Virus record (IMG/VR): IMGVR_UViG_3300010397_000001 | Location: 1-64,000 of that record | From: a virus | Length of the DNA: 64,000 bases | Reading direction: 5' to 3' (one strand) | In this document: in pieces, positions 28,284 to 37,217 of the stretch | Position numbering within the stretch: position 1 is the first letter of the stretch | How the letters are laid out: each line of letters begins with the position of its first letter | The notes under the pieces: generated by a model | The model's database searches: none | The model's input: only the letters and a program-made list of their open reading frames with translations | Told to the model about the DNA's origin: nothing | Program-made: the position numbers and the translations under genes

Positions 28284-28402
28284 CCCAGGGTAGGGGCGAA
28301 CTACCCAACGTCAAGATGATCTACGCAGGGGCCTCTACAGGCCCCTTTCTTAACGTTCGTTCAGTTCATGAATTGAAGTCGGACAGAAGGGTCATTCAGG
28401 AC

Positions 28403-28735
28403 ATGAACAAAACCAGGTTGACGCTTGCAACGTTGGTGGTCGGTGCCGTGGTTTCTCTCACGGCTGGCTGCGGCGGTGGGAACGCGACGAGTGCAGATGT
28501 GACCGGCGTGACGGCGGTGAAGCCGGATGTGATCGAGGCATACAGCAATATCGACGGCTACCCCAACATCGTGGTGCTCTGCATCCACAAGGTGGCCTTC
28601 GCAACCACGCAGCGAAACGCCGGCCAGAACTTTGTCCGCGTACCGGAGCTGGACGTGACGCTGTGCCACGGCACACCATCCCCTTACAACCTCAACACGC
28701 CGAACGACGGCGCACCGCGACCGGCGTCAAGCTGA
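28403..28735 (+). CDS. Lipoprotein
   Basis: Signal peptide with lipobox LTAG-C. Confidence 0.65.
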   Translation: MNKTRLTLATLVVGAVVSLTAGCGGGNATSADVTGVTAVKPDVIEAYSNIDGYPNIVVLCIHKVAFATTQRNAGQNFVRVPELDVTLCHGTPSPYNLNTPNDGAPRPASS

Positions 28736-29134
28736 TGACAGAAGAGGAGTTAGCCAAACGCTTGAAGGCCGCACAGCCGGACGCACCTCAGCCGAAACAG
28801 TCGCGATGCAGCGGCTGCTATGACTCATTCAGTGGGCCGTGGTGTGAGAACTGTGACCAGTGGCCGTGTGTCTGCACGGACGACGCCAGCTAGCGTCTGC
28901 TCGGGGCATCGGCGGGTGTCGGTGCCCCCTGCTGTCGATTAGGTGGTGAGGGCGTCGATCTGTACTACATCTATTTCCGTGTGGTTGGCGGCTACATTCA
29001 TGTAGTAAAAGCGCGAACGAGAGATCAAGCGCTTAACATGATTGCGCCAGTAAACGCATCTGGCGGAGCCAAGTTGTTCTTTGGATTGCCTACCTACCAA
29101 GAGGCAATGGCGTACATAGAAAGGCTGTCAGGGG

Positions 29135-31891
29135 ATGAGCAAGTGGTTCACGGTTCACAGCCACACCAAGTTCAGCGTGATCGACGGGATGACCTCCCCA
29201 CGTGACATGGTGGACAAGGCCGCAGCACTCGGTTACCCGGGGCTCGGCATCATCGATCACGGGAACATGGCCGCCACCGTCCAGCTCTACACGCATGCCA
29301 AGAAGCGTGGCATCTTGCCTTACCCTGGCTTCGAGGGATACATCGTCGATCCCAACGCTGATGATCCGATGGCCGGCACCAACGCCAGGTTCCACATTGG
29401 ACTGCTCGCACTTGACTTCATCGGGTACAAGGCGCTTGTTCGGTTCAACAGTCTTTCGCATACGAGGCCGCGGTTCAACAGGTTTCCTCGCTTGACGGTC
29501 AACGACCTCGCGCAGCTGGGTGATGAAGCCGGTGAACATGTTGTACTCCTTACCGGCTGTTACTTCGGCTTGTTGCAGCAACGACTGACCAGCGAGGGGC
29601 TGAAGCCGGCACAGCGTGTGCTGAAGTTCTACGCCAAGCACTTCCCACATACCTTCGTGGAGTTGCAAAACCACGGCATCACGCACAACGACGGCGGGGC
29701 GATAGCCGATGACGACGAGATGGTCAGCGAGTTGGTAGCCATGGCGGAGCACGCGGGGCTACCGACCATCATCACGTCGGACAGCCACTACACGGACCAG
29801 CGCCAGAAAGTCGCTCACGCAATGATGAAGCAGATGGTCTACGGTGGGGCAGAGGACGCCTTCCCCGGTGACAGCATGCATCTCCCGTCCGCTGACTGGA
29901 TCCGTGGTTACTTCCCCCGCGATGTGTGGCGTAAGGCGTTGGAGTCCAACAAGTGGCTGATCGAGAATCACCGCCTGGTCATCCCGCAGCTCGATGCTTA
30001 CAGGGCTTACCTGCCCAAGGTGACCACCAAGGACCCGAACAGAGTGCTGGCCAAGCTGTGTTACGCGGCGCTCGACAAGATGGAGCTGAAGCCGGCACAG
30101 TACAAGAAACGTTTTAACGCGCTGAACAATGAGCTGTCCGTTATCAAGGACGTGGGACAGGCCAACTACTTCCTCATCGTGCAGAAGATCATTCAGTATT
30201 GCAAGGAAAAGGGGATCTGTGTCGAGGCTCGTGGTTCGGCCAACGGGTCGTTCGTGTGCTACCTGCTCGGCATCATCTCGGTCGACTCGGTGACGTGGGA
30301 TCTGTGGTTCGAGCGGTTCCTGTCGCGTGACCGCATCAAGCCGCCGGACGTCGACATCGATGTAGAGGATGAACGACGTGACGAGCTGGTGCGCTGGATC
30401 GGTACGCAGTGGCCGACTCTGCGAATCGGGTCGTGGGGCGCGCTTGGTTCATCGGCCGACAACCCTGAGCGTGGTTCAGTGCTGGTGTCCTACGTGTCGT
30501 ACCTTCGGCGTCTGTGCGAGGCGAAGGCGCGTGACATCATCACACAGCGCGGGGGTCGGGCATCCGAGATAGGCCCCTACTCGCACGCCTTGTTCGCTAA
30601 CAGATATGGCAAGGTCGAGAGCATCGAAGATATCGCGCGGATCAACATTGAGCACTACCAAGCGATTCGAGAGCTAGCCGACATGGGCAGCGTCTACAAG
30701 TCGTACGGCAAGCACGCTGCCGGCGTACTCCTGGGGACAGACGAGCTACCGATCGCCGATGTCATCCCCTCGATGCTGATCGCATCGTCCGATTCACTGG
30801 TGACACAGTTCGACATGGACGACGTGGAGCAGTGGGGGCTCCAGAAGCTTGACATCCTGGGCCAGGCAACGCTGACCGTCATGCGCCGATGCCAGGAGAT
30901 GATTGGTCGTCCTGACCCCACAGACTTCGAGTGGATCCCCAACGACGACAAGGATGCGTGCCGGATCCTGCGCGAAGGCAAGACAGACAACGGCATCTTT
31001 CACTTCGAGGGATGGACGAAAGCCAAGGGCGGGCAGGAACTGGGCATCAAGTCCACAAAGGACGCCATCGTTGCTGGTGCCTTGTACATGCCTGGAGTAG
31101 ATGAAGTCAGCAAGTCGCAGTACCTCCGCTCTCGCAAAGATCCGGCCTACAAGCAGAAGCTCATGCAGAGGGCCAGAAACACCCACCAGATCGTCGCTGA
31201 CGTGTTGGCGGAAACGAATGGTGTCATGGTGTACCAGGAGCACCCGCTAGTGATCCTGCGACGCCTGGGGATGTCGATTGAGTCCATCAACACGCTTTAC
31301 AAGATCTTGAAGGACAGCGGTAGTGGTGCCATCGAGCGCAACAAGGACCGGCTGACGTCGATCCGCGCTGAGTACGACAAGGTGTGCCTGGCCGAAGGAG
31401 TAAACGACCACGATGGATTGTGGCACGCCATCATCGGGTTCCAGTCTTATGGCTTCAACAAGTCTCACGCTACTGGCTACGGCATCCGGTCCTACCGGTG
31501 CGCGTACCTAAAGGCGCACTACACGCTGGAGTTCATGACGGCACTGTTGTCCGTGTGGGCCGGCAGGGACAAAGAGGTGCTGTACGCCAGGGAAGCCCGG
31601 AGGGTCGGTCTGCGGCTGCTACCTCCGCATGTCAACATCAGCGGAGCATCGTGGACCATCGACCGCAAGTACAAGGCGATCAGGAAGGGTCTCGTGTCCA
31701 TCAAGGGCATCGGTGACACTTCGGCTGCTGAGATAGCGGCCAACGCGCCATACACCTCGATCACTGATCTGGTGACCAGATGCAGCGGTCGGGCGGTGTC
31801 CGGCGGCAACGAGTACATCAAGACCGGGAACATCAGTGGCAAGCTGTTCACACTCCTAGAAGCAGGAGCGCTTGACGGCTTGCCCAAGTAG
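29135..31891 (+). CDS. dnaE: DNA polymerase III alpha subunit (DnaE-type; C-terminal OB region absent)
   Basis: HSHTKFS..DG PHP domain, SDSHY, RGSA.GS, FERFL, PDVDID, KHAAG, KLDILG, YQE and YGFNKSHA. Confidence 0.96.
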   Translation: MSKWFTVHSHTKFSVIDGMTSPRDMVDKAAALGYPGLGIIDHGNMAATVQLYTHAKKRGILPYPGFEGYIVDPNADDPMAGTNARFHIGLLALDFIGYKALVRFNSLSHTRPRFNRFPRLTVNDLAQLGDEAGEHVVLLTGCYFGLLQQRLTSEGLKPAQRVLKFYAKHFPHTFVELQNHGITHNDGGAIADDDEMVSELVAMAEHAGLPTIITSDSHYTDQRQKVAHAMMKQMVYGGAEDAFPGDSMHLPSADWIRGYFPRDVWRKALESNKWLIENHRLVIPQLDAYRAYLPKVTTKDPNRVLAKLCYAALDKMELKPAQYKKRFNALNNELSVIKDVGQANYFLIVQKIIQYCKEKGICVEARGSANGSFVCYLLGIISVDSVTWDLWFERFLSRDRIKPPDVDIDVEDERRDELVRWIGTQWPTLRIGSWGALGSSADNPERGSVLVSYVSYLRRLCEAKARDIITQRGGRASEIGPYSHALFANRYGKVESIEDIARINIEHYQAIRELADMGSVYKSYGKHAAGVLLGTDELPIADVIPSMLIASSDSLVTQFDMDDVEQWGLQKLDILGQATLTVMRRCQEMIGRPDPTDFEWIPNDDKDACRILREGKTDNGIFHFEGWTKAKGGQELGIKSTKDAIVAGALYMPGVDEVSKSQYLRSRKDPAYKQKLMQRARNTHQIVADVLAETNGVMVYQEHPLVILRRLGMSIESINTLYKILKDSGSGAIERNKDRLTSIRAEYDKVCLAEGVNDHDGLWHAIIGFQSYGFNKSHATGYGIRSYRCAYLKAHYTLEFMTALLSVWAGRDKEVLYAREARRVGLRLLPPHVNISGASWTIDRKYKAIRKGLVSIKGIGDTSAAEIAANAPYTSITDLVTRCSGRAVSGGNEYIKTGNISGKLFTLLEAGALDGLPK

Positions 31892-31925
31892 ATGTTCAAT
31901 ACGTAAACGAAGGTGACGAGAGCAG

Positions 31926-31961
31926 GGCCGCCCATCTCCGGTGGGCGGCCTTCGTTGTTTT
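31926..31961 (+). terminator. Intrinsic terminator
   Basis: GGCCGCCCA/TGGGCGGCC stem followed by a T-rich tail. Confidence 0.7.
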
Positions 31962-32197
31962 AGGAGGGAGCTACATGCCAGTCAGGCGGCCAGACCCATA
32001 CCCGAAGTCCTACGTCTCTACCTACTGCTGGAACATGTGGCTCCGCTGTACCCGTCGATCCCCCATAGCCAGCTTCAAGGGCAACTGTGTGCGTTGTCGT
32101 CGAGAAGGGATTCTCGGCTATGACCTACTGCATGCGGGTGACCTACGCCCCACCAACATCTTTTGCTTCAGAGCTGGCTGCTACAAGGGTGGTGCAT

Positions 32198-32644
32198 ATG
32201 AAGATAAAGAAATATCCCCCACCAGAAAGAGGATGGCACCGAAGGGCGGCGTGCCGCGACTTCGATCCGGCGATGTGGGATCTGGACGGCGAAAAGGTCG
32301 ACCACCCCATCGCTCAAGAGATATGTAACTCCGCCTGCCCTGTCCGTAGGGACTGTTTGCTCGACGCGTTGACCACATTGCATCAAACCGACCTTGGCCC
32401 CCGCTCCGATGTCGGTGTGATACGCGGTGGCATCAGGATGCGAGAAGGATGGAAGAGCCGTTCCATCTGTCTAATGTGCACACTGTATGTCTGCAACAGT
32501 GACACCCCCTCGATCTGTTATAGCTGTAGGAAGTACCGGCCGTGTGGAGGTGGCTGCGGTAGAGGTGTGTGGCGCCGAAGCTCAGCCAAGTACTGCGAGA
32601 CGTGTGAAAAAGAGATGGCCGAACGAGGAGAGCTTGCGGCATGA
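32198..32644 (+). CDS. WhiB-family transcription factor with an extra Cys-rich C-terminal domain
   Basis: W..RAAC, IC...CPVRRDCL..AL and GVIRGG; further CxxC pairs. Confidence 0.8.
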   Translation: MKIKKYPPPERGWHRRAACRDFDPAMWDLDGEKVDHPIAQEICNSACPVRRDCLLDALTTLHQTDLGPRSDVGVIRGGIRMREGWKSRSICLMCTLYVCNSDTPSICYSCRKYRPCGGGCGRGVWRRSSAKYCETCEKEMAERGELAA

Positions 32645-33795
32645 GCAAGGCGCAGGAACTGGCCAAGATGATCAATAAGGAGTTCGGCACCAACACGGTC
32701 AGGATGGGCAGTGATTCAACTCTTGAAGTGAAGTATGTATCAACAGGGTTGACACCGTTCGACGTCTGGCTCGGTGGTGGCTGGGCTCGTGGGCGTTTCA
32801 TCCAGATCACCGGGAACTACAGCACTCTGAAGTCATACATCGCGCTACACGCCATCGCCGAGGTGCAGCGGCAGAACGGTGTCGCCGCACTGATAGACAC
32901 GGAGCACGCCTTCGACCCTGACTGGGCAACGGTCATCGGCGTGGACGTGGACAAGCTGATACTTCAGCAGCCGGCAACAGGTGAAGAGGCCATAGACATC
33001 GCTCAGGTGTTGGTGGCAAACGAGATCGACCTCATCGTGTTCGACTCTATCGCTGCGACGCTTCCCCAGCAGGAAGCCAATAAGCGTCTGTCCAAGGAGA
33101 ACATCCAGCCAGCGCGGCTGGCCGCTCTGATGTCTGCCGCCTGTCGTCGTTTGACCGCCGCAAACCGTCGTACAGCCATCATCTGGGTAAACCAGCTACG
33201 CGAACAGGTGGGAGTGACGTTCGGCCCCACAGAGAAGGCCACAGGGGGACGCGCGATGGGGTACTACGCGAGCACCATCGTGAACATCCGAAAGGTCGGT
33301 AGCGAATTCGAGACCGTCACGACGGACGACGGCAACAAGACAGTGAAGAGCAAGCGCCTTCTCTTCCAGAGCTTCAAGGCCACCTTGGAAAAGTCGAAGC
33401 TTTCCGCTCCGTGGACAGAGTTGTTCTTCGACTTCAACCTAGTCATGGGTGGTGAGATTGATGTCGTGAAGTATGTCTTCGCGCAGTGCGTGGACCTGAG
33501 CATCATCAAGCAGGAAGGCCGGTCATGGGTGTACGAAAAGGTCCGCGCCGTGGGAAGGGAAGCGTTCCTGCGGAGGATGACCGAGGACACCCAGCTTCTG
33601 ATGACGCTGGAGAACCTGGTACGGGAAGCCAACTCCCTGCCTCCCTCCAGCTCCCCGCATGGAAAGTCAACACACCGCAGCAGGAAGGTCGCCGCGTCGA
33701 GCGGCTCATCGCGAAAGAAAGGGGCGCGAGGCTCCACCCGAACAGCGGTGCAGGCCGCATCAAACGGGACGCGTCGAATGAAGAAGACCTCTTAG
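32641..33795 (+). CDS. recA: RecA-like recombinase
   Basis: STG...FD..LGGG, IDTEHA, QP.TGEEA, FDSIAA, NQLR, TGGRAM.YYAS; Walker A degenerate (GNYSTLKS). Confidence 0.9.
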   Translation: MSKAQELAKMINKEFGTNTVRMGSDSTLEVKYVSTGLTPFDVWLGGGWARGRFIQITGNYSTLKSYIALHAIAEVQRQNGVAALIDTEHAFDPDWATVIGVDVDKLILQQPATGEEAIDIAQVLVANEIDLIVFDSIAATLPQQEANKRLSKENIQPARLAALMSAACRRLTAANRRTAIIWVNQLREQVGVTFGPTEKATGGRAMGYYASTIVNIRKVGSEFETVTTDDGNKTVKSKRLLFQSFKATLEKSKLSAPWTELFFDFNLVMGGEIDVVKYVFAQCVDLSIIKQEGRSWVYEKVRAVGREAFLRRMTEDTQLLMTLENLVREANSLPPSSSPHGKSTHRSRKVAASSGSSRKKGARGSTRTAVQAASNGTRRMKKTS

Positions 33796-33947
33796 AGATC
33801 AAAAACGCACGACGTGTTCACACCATGAAAGGAGCAGACCTTAGCGACCTGTACACCCAAGCGTTGAACCTGGGCAGGGATCCGTTGTACGTCATCAGGT
33901 TCGAGGAAGCCGGCATCGAGGTCGAATGCCGAATCAGGAGGTTGTGA
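33486..33947 (+). CDS. PD-(D/E)XK Holliday-junction-resolvase-like nuclease (true start uncertain, overlaps the recA 3' end)
   Basis: EG...E..IA...G....PNSGA...K.DA......LEIK pattern. Confidence 0.6.
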   Translation: MRGPEHHQAGRPVMGVRKGPRRGKGSVPAEDDRGHPASDDAGEPGTGSQLPASLQLPAWKVNTPQQEGRRVERLIAKERGARLHPNSGAGRIKRDASNEEDLLEIKNARRVHTMKGADLSDLYTQALNLGRDPLYVIRFEEAGIEVECRIRRL

Positions 33948-34222
33948 TGGAAGAACAGGAACGGCAGCGCGAGGAAGTGTTTGCTGCACTGGAAGCGAAA
34001 ACCGCCTACGAATGGGATGAGGACCCGCGCAACGGCCTTCGTATCGTGAGTTGGTCCGACTATGGATGGGCGGCCAACAAGGGCGGCCACGGAACACGCG
34101 AATCACGTGTCACGTGGAAACAGTTCGAGAGATACCGGGCCGGTGCGACGGTTCAGCTCAAGCCAGGGTTCACGTGGGACACGGCCGACGGCATCACGCC
34201 GAAGGTGGTCGCCGATGAGTGA
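33947..34222 (+). CDS. Hypothetical protein
   Basis: RBS AGGAGG; coupled to neighbours. Confidence 0.5.
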   Translation: MEEQERQREEVFAALEAKTAYEWDEDPRNGLRIVSWSDYGWAANKGGHGTRESRVTWKQFERYRAGATVQLKPGFTWDTADGITPKVVADE

Positions 34223-34610
34223 TTACGACGTCGGTGATATTGAGTTGATGAAGTCAAGAGTCAACTCGCGCATGTGCGACACGTGTGCCTTCCGCAAGGG
34301 GGTGATGTCGCCTGACTCTCTACGCGAGATCATCGGGTTCAGGCTGCGGAAGGGCACGTTCCTACCGTGCCACAGCACACATCCTCCGCTTGCTCCGCAG
34401 GGCTGGACCAAAGCGGCCATCTGCCGAGGGTTCTTCAACGGACACCATAATGTAGGGGTGTTGAAGGTCATGAAGCAACTCTGGGGCTTCGTGTTCGTAG
34501 ACCCTCCGAAGGAGCATGATGTCGCTGAAGAGGACTCTGGATCGGCTGATGGATTCAGGGAAGATAGTCACACCGAGGTATCTGAAGTTCCTCGCAGAGC
34601 ACGGAGATGA
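34215..34610 (+). CDS. Cys-rich hypothetical protein
   Basis: CDTCAFR...PCH...ICRGF. Confidence 0.5.
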   Translation: MSDYDVGDIELMKSRVNSRMCDTCAFRKGVMSPDSLREIIGFRLRKGTFLPCHSTHPPLAPQGWTKAAICRGFFNGHHNVGVLKVMKQLWGFVFVDPPKEHDVAEEDSGSADGFREDSHTEVSEVPRRARR

Positions 34611-35325
34611 CCCATATCCGCCGTGGGTCGTCGACGTCATCGCTGAGCAACTGAAGAAGACTCCGCGTGACAGGTCTGGGACGTTCAGCGCTGCATCGGC
34701 AGGTGCATGTCTTCGCGCCCAAGAGCTGGAATACCTGGGCGCCGGCCCTACCGACCTGACCGGAGAGGTGTCGCCTGGTCTGATGGCCATCTTCAAGGAT
34801 GGCAAGTGGCGGCACCTCAAGTGGCAGGCCGACCTGTTAGCCGCCGGCATCATCGAAGAGATTGAGTACTCGGCGCCGTGGCGGTCCAAGAGGGCTGTAG
34901 GGACGCTGGACGGCCTGGGGGTAGTGCCGGATACCCACGGCGTTGGTTCGTGGCGTGGTGAACTCTTCGGGGCGGAACTAAAGGGGGTCAACGCGTGGCA
35001 GTACCCCAAGCTAGTGTCTGCTCCATACCCCAAAGAAGACCACATGCGCCAGGTGCACCGGTACTTCGTACTGACGGGTGTTCGGCTCTTCAGCGTCATC
35101 TACGAAAACAAGTCCACACAGGACTTCCACGAGTGGGTGGTGCGTCCCATCCCGCGCTTGTTGGATGAAAGCCGTCAGGAACTTGAGGAGTTGAATCGTG
35201 CAGTCGAGCGGAAAGAACTTCACCGGATACTCGCACCCTGCCGGCACCGGTCTGGAAAGCAGTGGGAGGGATGCAAATTCTCAGGAGAGGACGGTCCCTG
35301 CGAATCAGCCGGTACTTGGCTATGA
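34516..35325 (+). CDS. Cas4-like PD-(D/E)XK exonuclease
   Basis: SAAS...CLR, G...H, GTLDG, ELK, Q...Y and C-terminal C...C..C cluster. Confidence 0.75.
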   Translation: MMSLKRTLDRLMDSGKIVTPRYLKFLAEHGDDPYPPWVVDVIAEQLKKTPRDRSGTFSAASAGACLRAQELEYLGAGPTDLTGEVSPGLMAIFKDGKWRHLKWQADLLAAGIIEEIEYSAPWRSKRAVGTLDGLGVVPDTHGVGSWRGELFGAELKGVNAWQYPKLVSAPYPKEDHMRQVHRYFVLTGVRLFSVIYENKSTQDFHEWVVRPIPRLLDESRQELEELNRAVERKELHRILAPCRHRSGKQWEGCKFSGEDGPCESAGTWL

Positions 35326-35562
35326 CTACTGGCGCCTGCTCGGTAGGCCGAACGCGGTAGGCGTCATGTGCGAACAGGACCAGTCGCACTACGAGGAGTT
35401 GCTGCGTCACGCCGACAACTGTCCCATGCTTTCGGCTGGGCCGTACGGAGGTAGGAAGTATCGCTCGCCGAGCCGTGGTGTGTACCTCAGCGAAGCGTCC
35501 TACATCAGGTGGAAGTGCATGAAGGGCAATCACATCCGACCTCGTTCCATGTCGAGCTACTG

Positions 35563-35955
35563 ATGCTGATCAAGAAGCGGCCGACCGCACCTCGCCATTC
35601 ACTGCGTAAATTCACGTTGGGGACAGGGCTGCCTAGCCTCATGCTCTTGGAAGCCGAAGTGCAGGATATGTGGGACGTCTTGTTGGGGCGCAAGGAACCT
35701 CCGTACTGGAACGGCACCAGCACCCTGATGGAAGTGGCCGACGCATTTTTCGCTCGGGCCAGCGAGATCACCGCGCTGATTCAGGAAGCGGAGCGTAAGG
35801 GAGTCGGCATCTCCCCGTCCTACAAGCGGTTCAGGACAGGCGCTCTTCGAACCTTCATGGAAGCGGCCAAGCGGTCCGCAGATCTTGGCAGCCGTCGCAT
35901 CACCGTGGACCAACTGGAGTTCGAGCAAGCAAGGCTAGGAAGGGAATCAGCATGA
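35563..35955 (+). CDS. Hypothetical protein
   Basis: Coupled ORF, helical. Confidence 0.5.
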   Translation: MLIKKRPTAPRHSLRKFTLGTGLPSLMLLEAEVQDMWDVLLGRKEPPYWNGTSTLMEVADAFFARASEITALIQEAERKGVGISPSYKRFRTGALRTFMEAAKRSADLGSRRITVDQLEFEQARLGRESA

Positions 35956-36227
35956 TTACTGAGATGTGCTGGGATCCGGACAACCCACTTGAGGCAGTGG
36001 AGTTCCTAGGCCAGGGCAGGTGGTTCTTCTGGCGCGAAGGTGATTCCCTGATCATCTCGGCGCTCGACTTCATGCCAGCAACAGTGAAGACGATGGGCCG
36101 CATTTTCGCACAGAACAGCTTGAACGAAGTGGACCCACACAGCCAGCGAACGATGATCGTCACTCCTGGACAGTGGATCGAGTTCGACGGGGCAACGTTC
36201 GGATATGGGAGGAGAGACAAGGGGTGA
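35952..36227 (+). CDS. Hypothetical protein
   Basis: ATGA coupling. Confidence 0.5.
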   Translation: MITEMCWDPDNPLEAVEFLGQGRWFFWREGDSLIISALDFMPATVKTMGRIFAQNSLNEVDPHSQRTMIVTPGQWIEFDGATFGYGRRDKG

Positions 36228-36679
36228 AGAAGCCCAAGCCCAAAGTAGACAGTGGAGTGCACGGTGCGCCGGCACACGTCATCGCGGACAAGAAGCTCTA
36301 CTACTGCGACAAGCATCCAGGGTCTGCACCAATGACGTACGACCCATCAGAAGACGCACTCGTCTGTCAGGTTGATGGCTGTACGTACATACGACGTCGC
36401 AGACTCTCATTCAGCACCATGTTCGCGCCTGGTGAAGCACGGCCAGCCGCTTACCGTGGCGCGTTGGAAGTGCGGATCGACGACGAGGGAAAACCATGGC
36501 TGTACCTCGTTGACGTGAACGGTATGGTTGACTTGAGCAGGTTAATCGACGAACCGACTACGGTCGTGGGCAGCAAAGAGGGCATGCCGCCTGACGTAAT
36601 TGCGGCTTTCCTTGGCGAACCAGACGCGGTAGAGGTCAAGATCGGTTCGACCACCTACAAGAGGCCAGCCAACATTTAG
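36224..36679 (+). CDS. Hypothetical zinc-ribbon protein
   Basis: YCDKH...CQVDGC; GTGA coupling. Confidence 0.5.
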   Translation: MKKPKPKVDSGVHGAPAHVIADKKLYYCDKHPGSAPMTYDPSEDALVCQVDGCTYIRRRRLSFSTMFAPGEARPAAYRGALEVRIDDEGKPWLYLVDVNGMVDLSRLIDEPTTVVGSKEGMPPDVIAAFLGEPDAVEVKIGSTTYKRPANI

Positions 36680-36689
36680 GGCGTGAAGA

Positions 36690-37217
36690 ATGCACGACGT
36701 GATATTCGGAGTGGACCCAAAGAAGACGGCGTTGGCGGGTGTAGTCATCCGCGAGGACGGCTTCAGGGTCTACACGCGCACCATGCCTGACGATCTCACG
36801 TTGTGCTGCCACAAGGCGTTCCTATGGATGCGGCGTGTGGTGCTGGAAGAGATGAAGCTCAACCCGCTTGCCACCGTTCATGTCTACCTTGAAAAGGCGT
36901 TGGTAGGTCCAGGCAGAAATGCCACCATCGTGCAGGCATATGTCCAAGGTGGACTGATTGCCGGAGCGGTGGACGCGGGAGCCATAGTTCATCAGGTGAA
37001 TCAGGCTCGTTGGAAGTCCCAGATCGTGGGGGTGGGCAACGCCACCAAGTCACTAGTCGCTCGTCACGTGAAGCTTCAGTGGCCGGAACTCTTCGCTCAG
37101 GTTCAAGCGCTACCCAAACTGCACGCACAAGACGTACTCGATGCCGGCTGCATAGCCTGGTACGGAGATAACGAACAGAAGACCCTGAGCAAGAGGAGAG
37201 GCCGTGGCCGGCGTTAG
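36690..37217 (+). CDS. RuvC-like Holliday junction resolvase
   Basis: FGVDP, YLE, W K..IVG.GNATK and D..DA..IA. Confidence 0.8.
   Translation: MHDVIFGVDPKKTALAGVVIREDGFRVYTRTMPDDLTLCCHKAFLWMRRVVLEEMKLNPLATVHVYLEKALVGPGRNATIVQAYVQGGLIAGAVDAGAIVHQVNQARWKSQIVGVGNATKSLVARHVKLQWPELFAQVQALPKLHAQDVLDAGCIAWYGDNEQKTLSKRRGRGRR

Noticed and set aside
29135-31891. Intein or split gene in dnaE
   Set aside because: Motifs are collinear with no splice-junction signatures; the short C-terminus is compatible with phage DnaE proteins
34516-35325. Cas4-like gene as evidence of a CRISPR-Cas system
   Set aside because: No cas1/cas2 or array; stand-alone Cas4-like exonucleases are common in phage recombination modules
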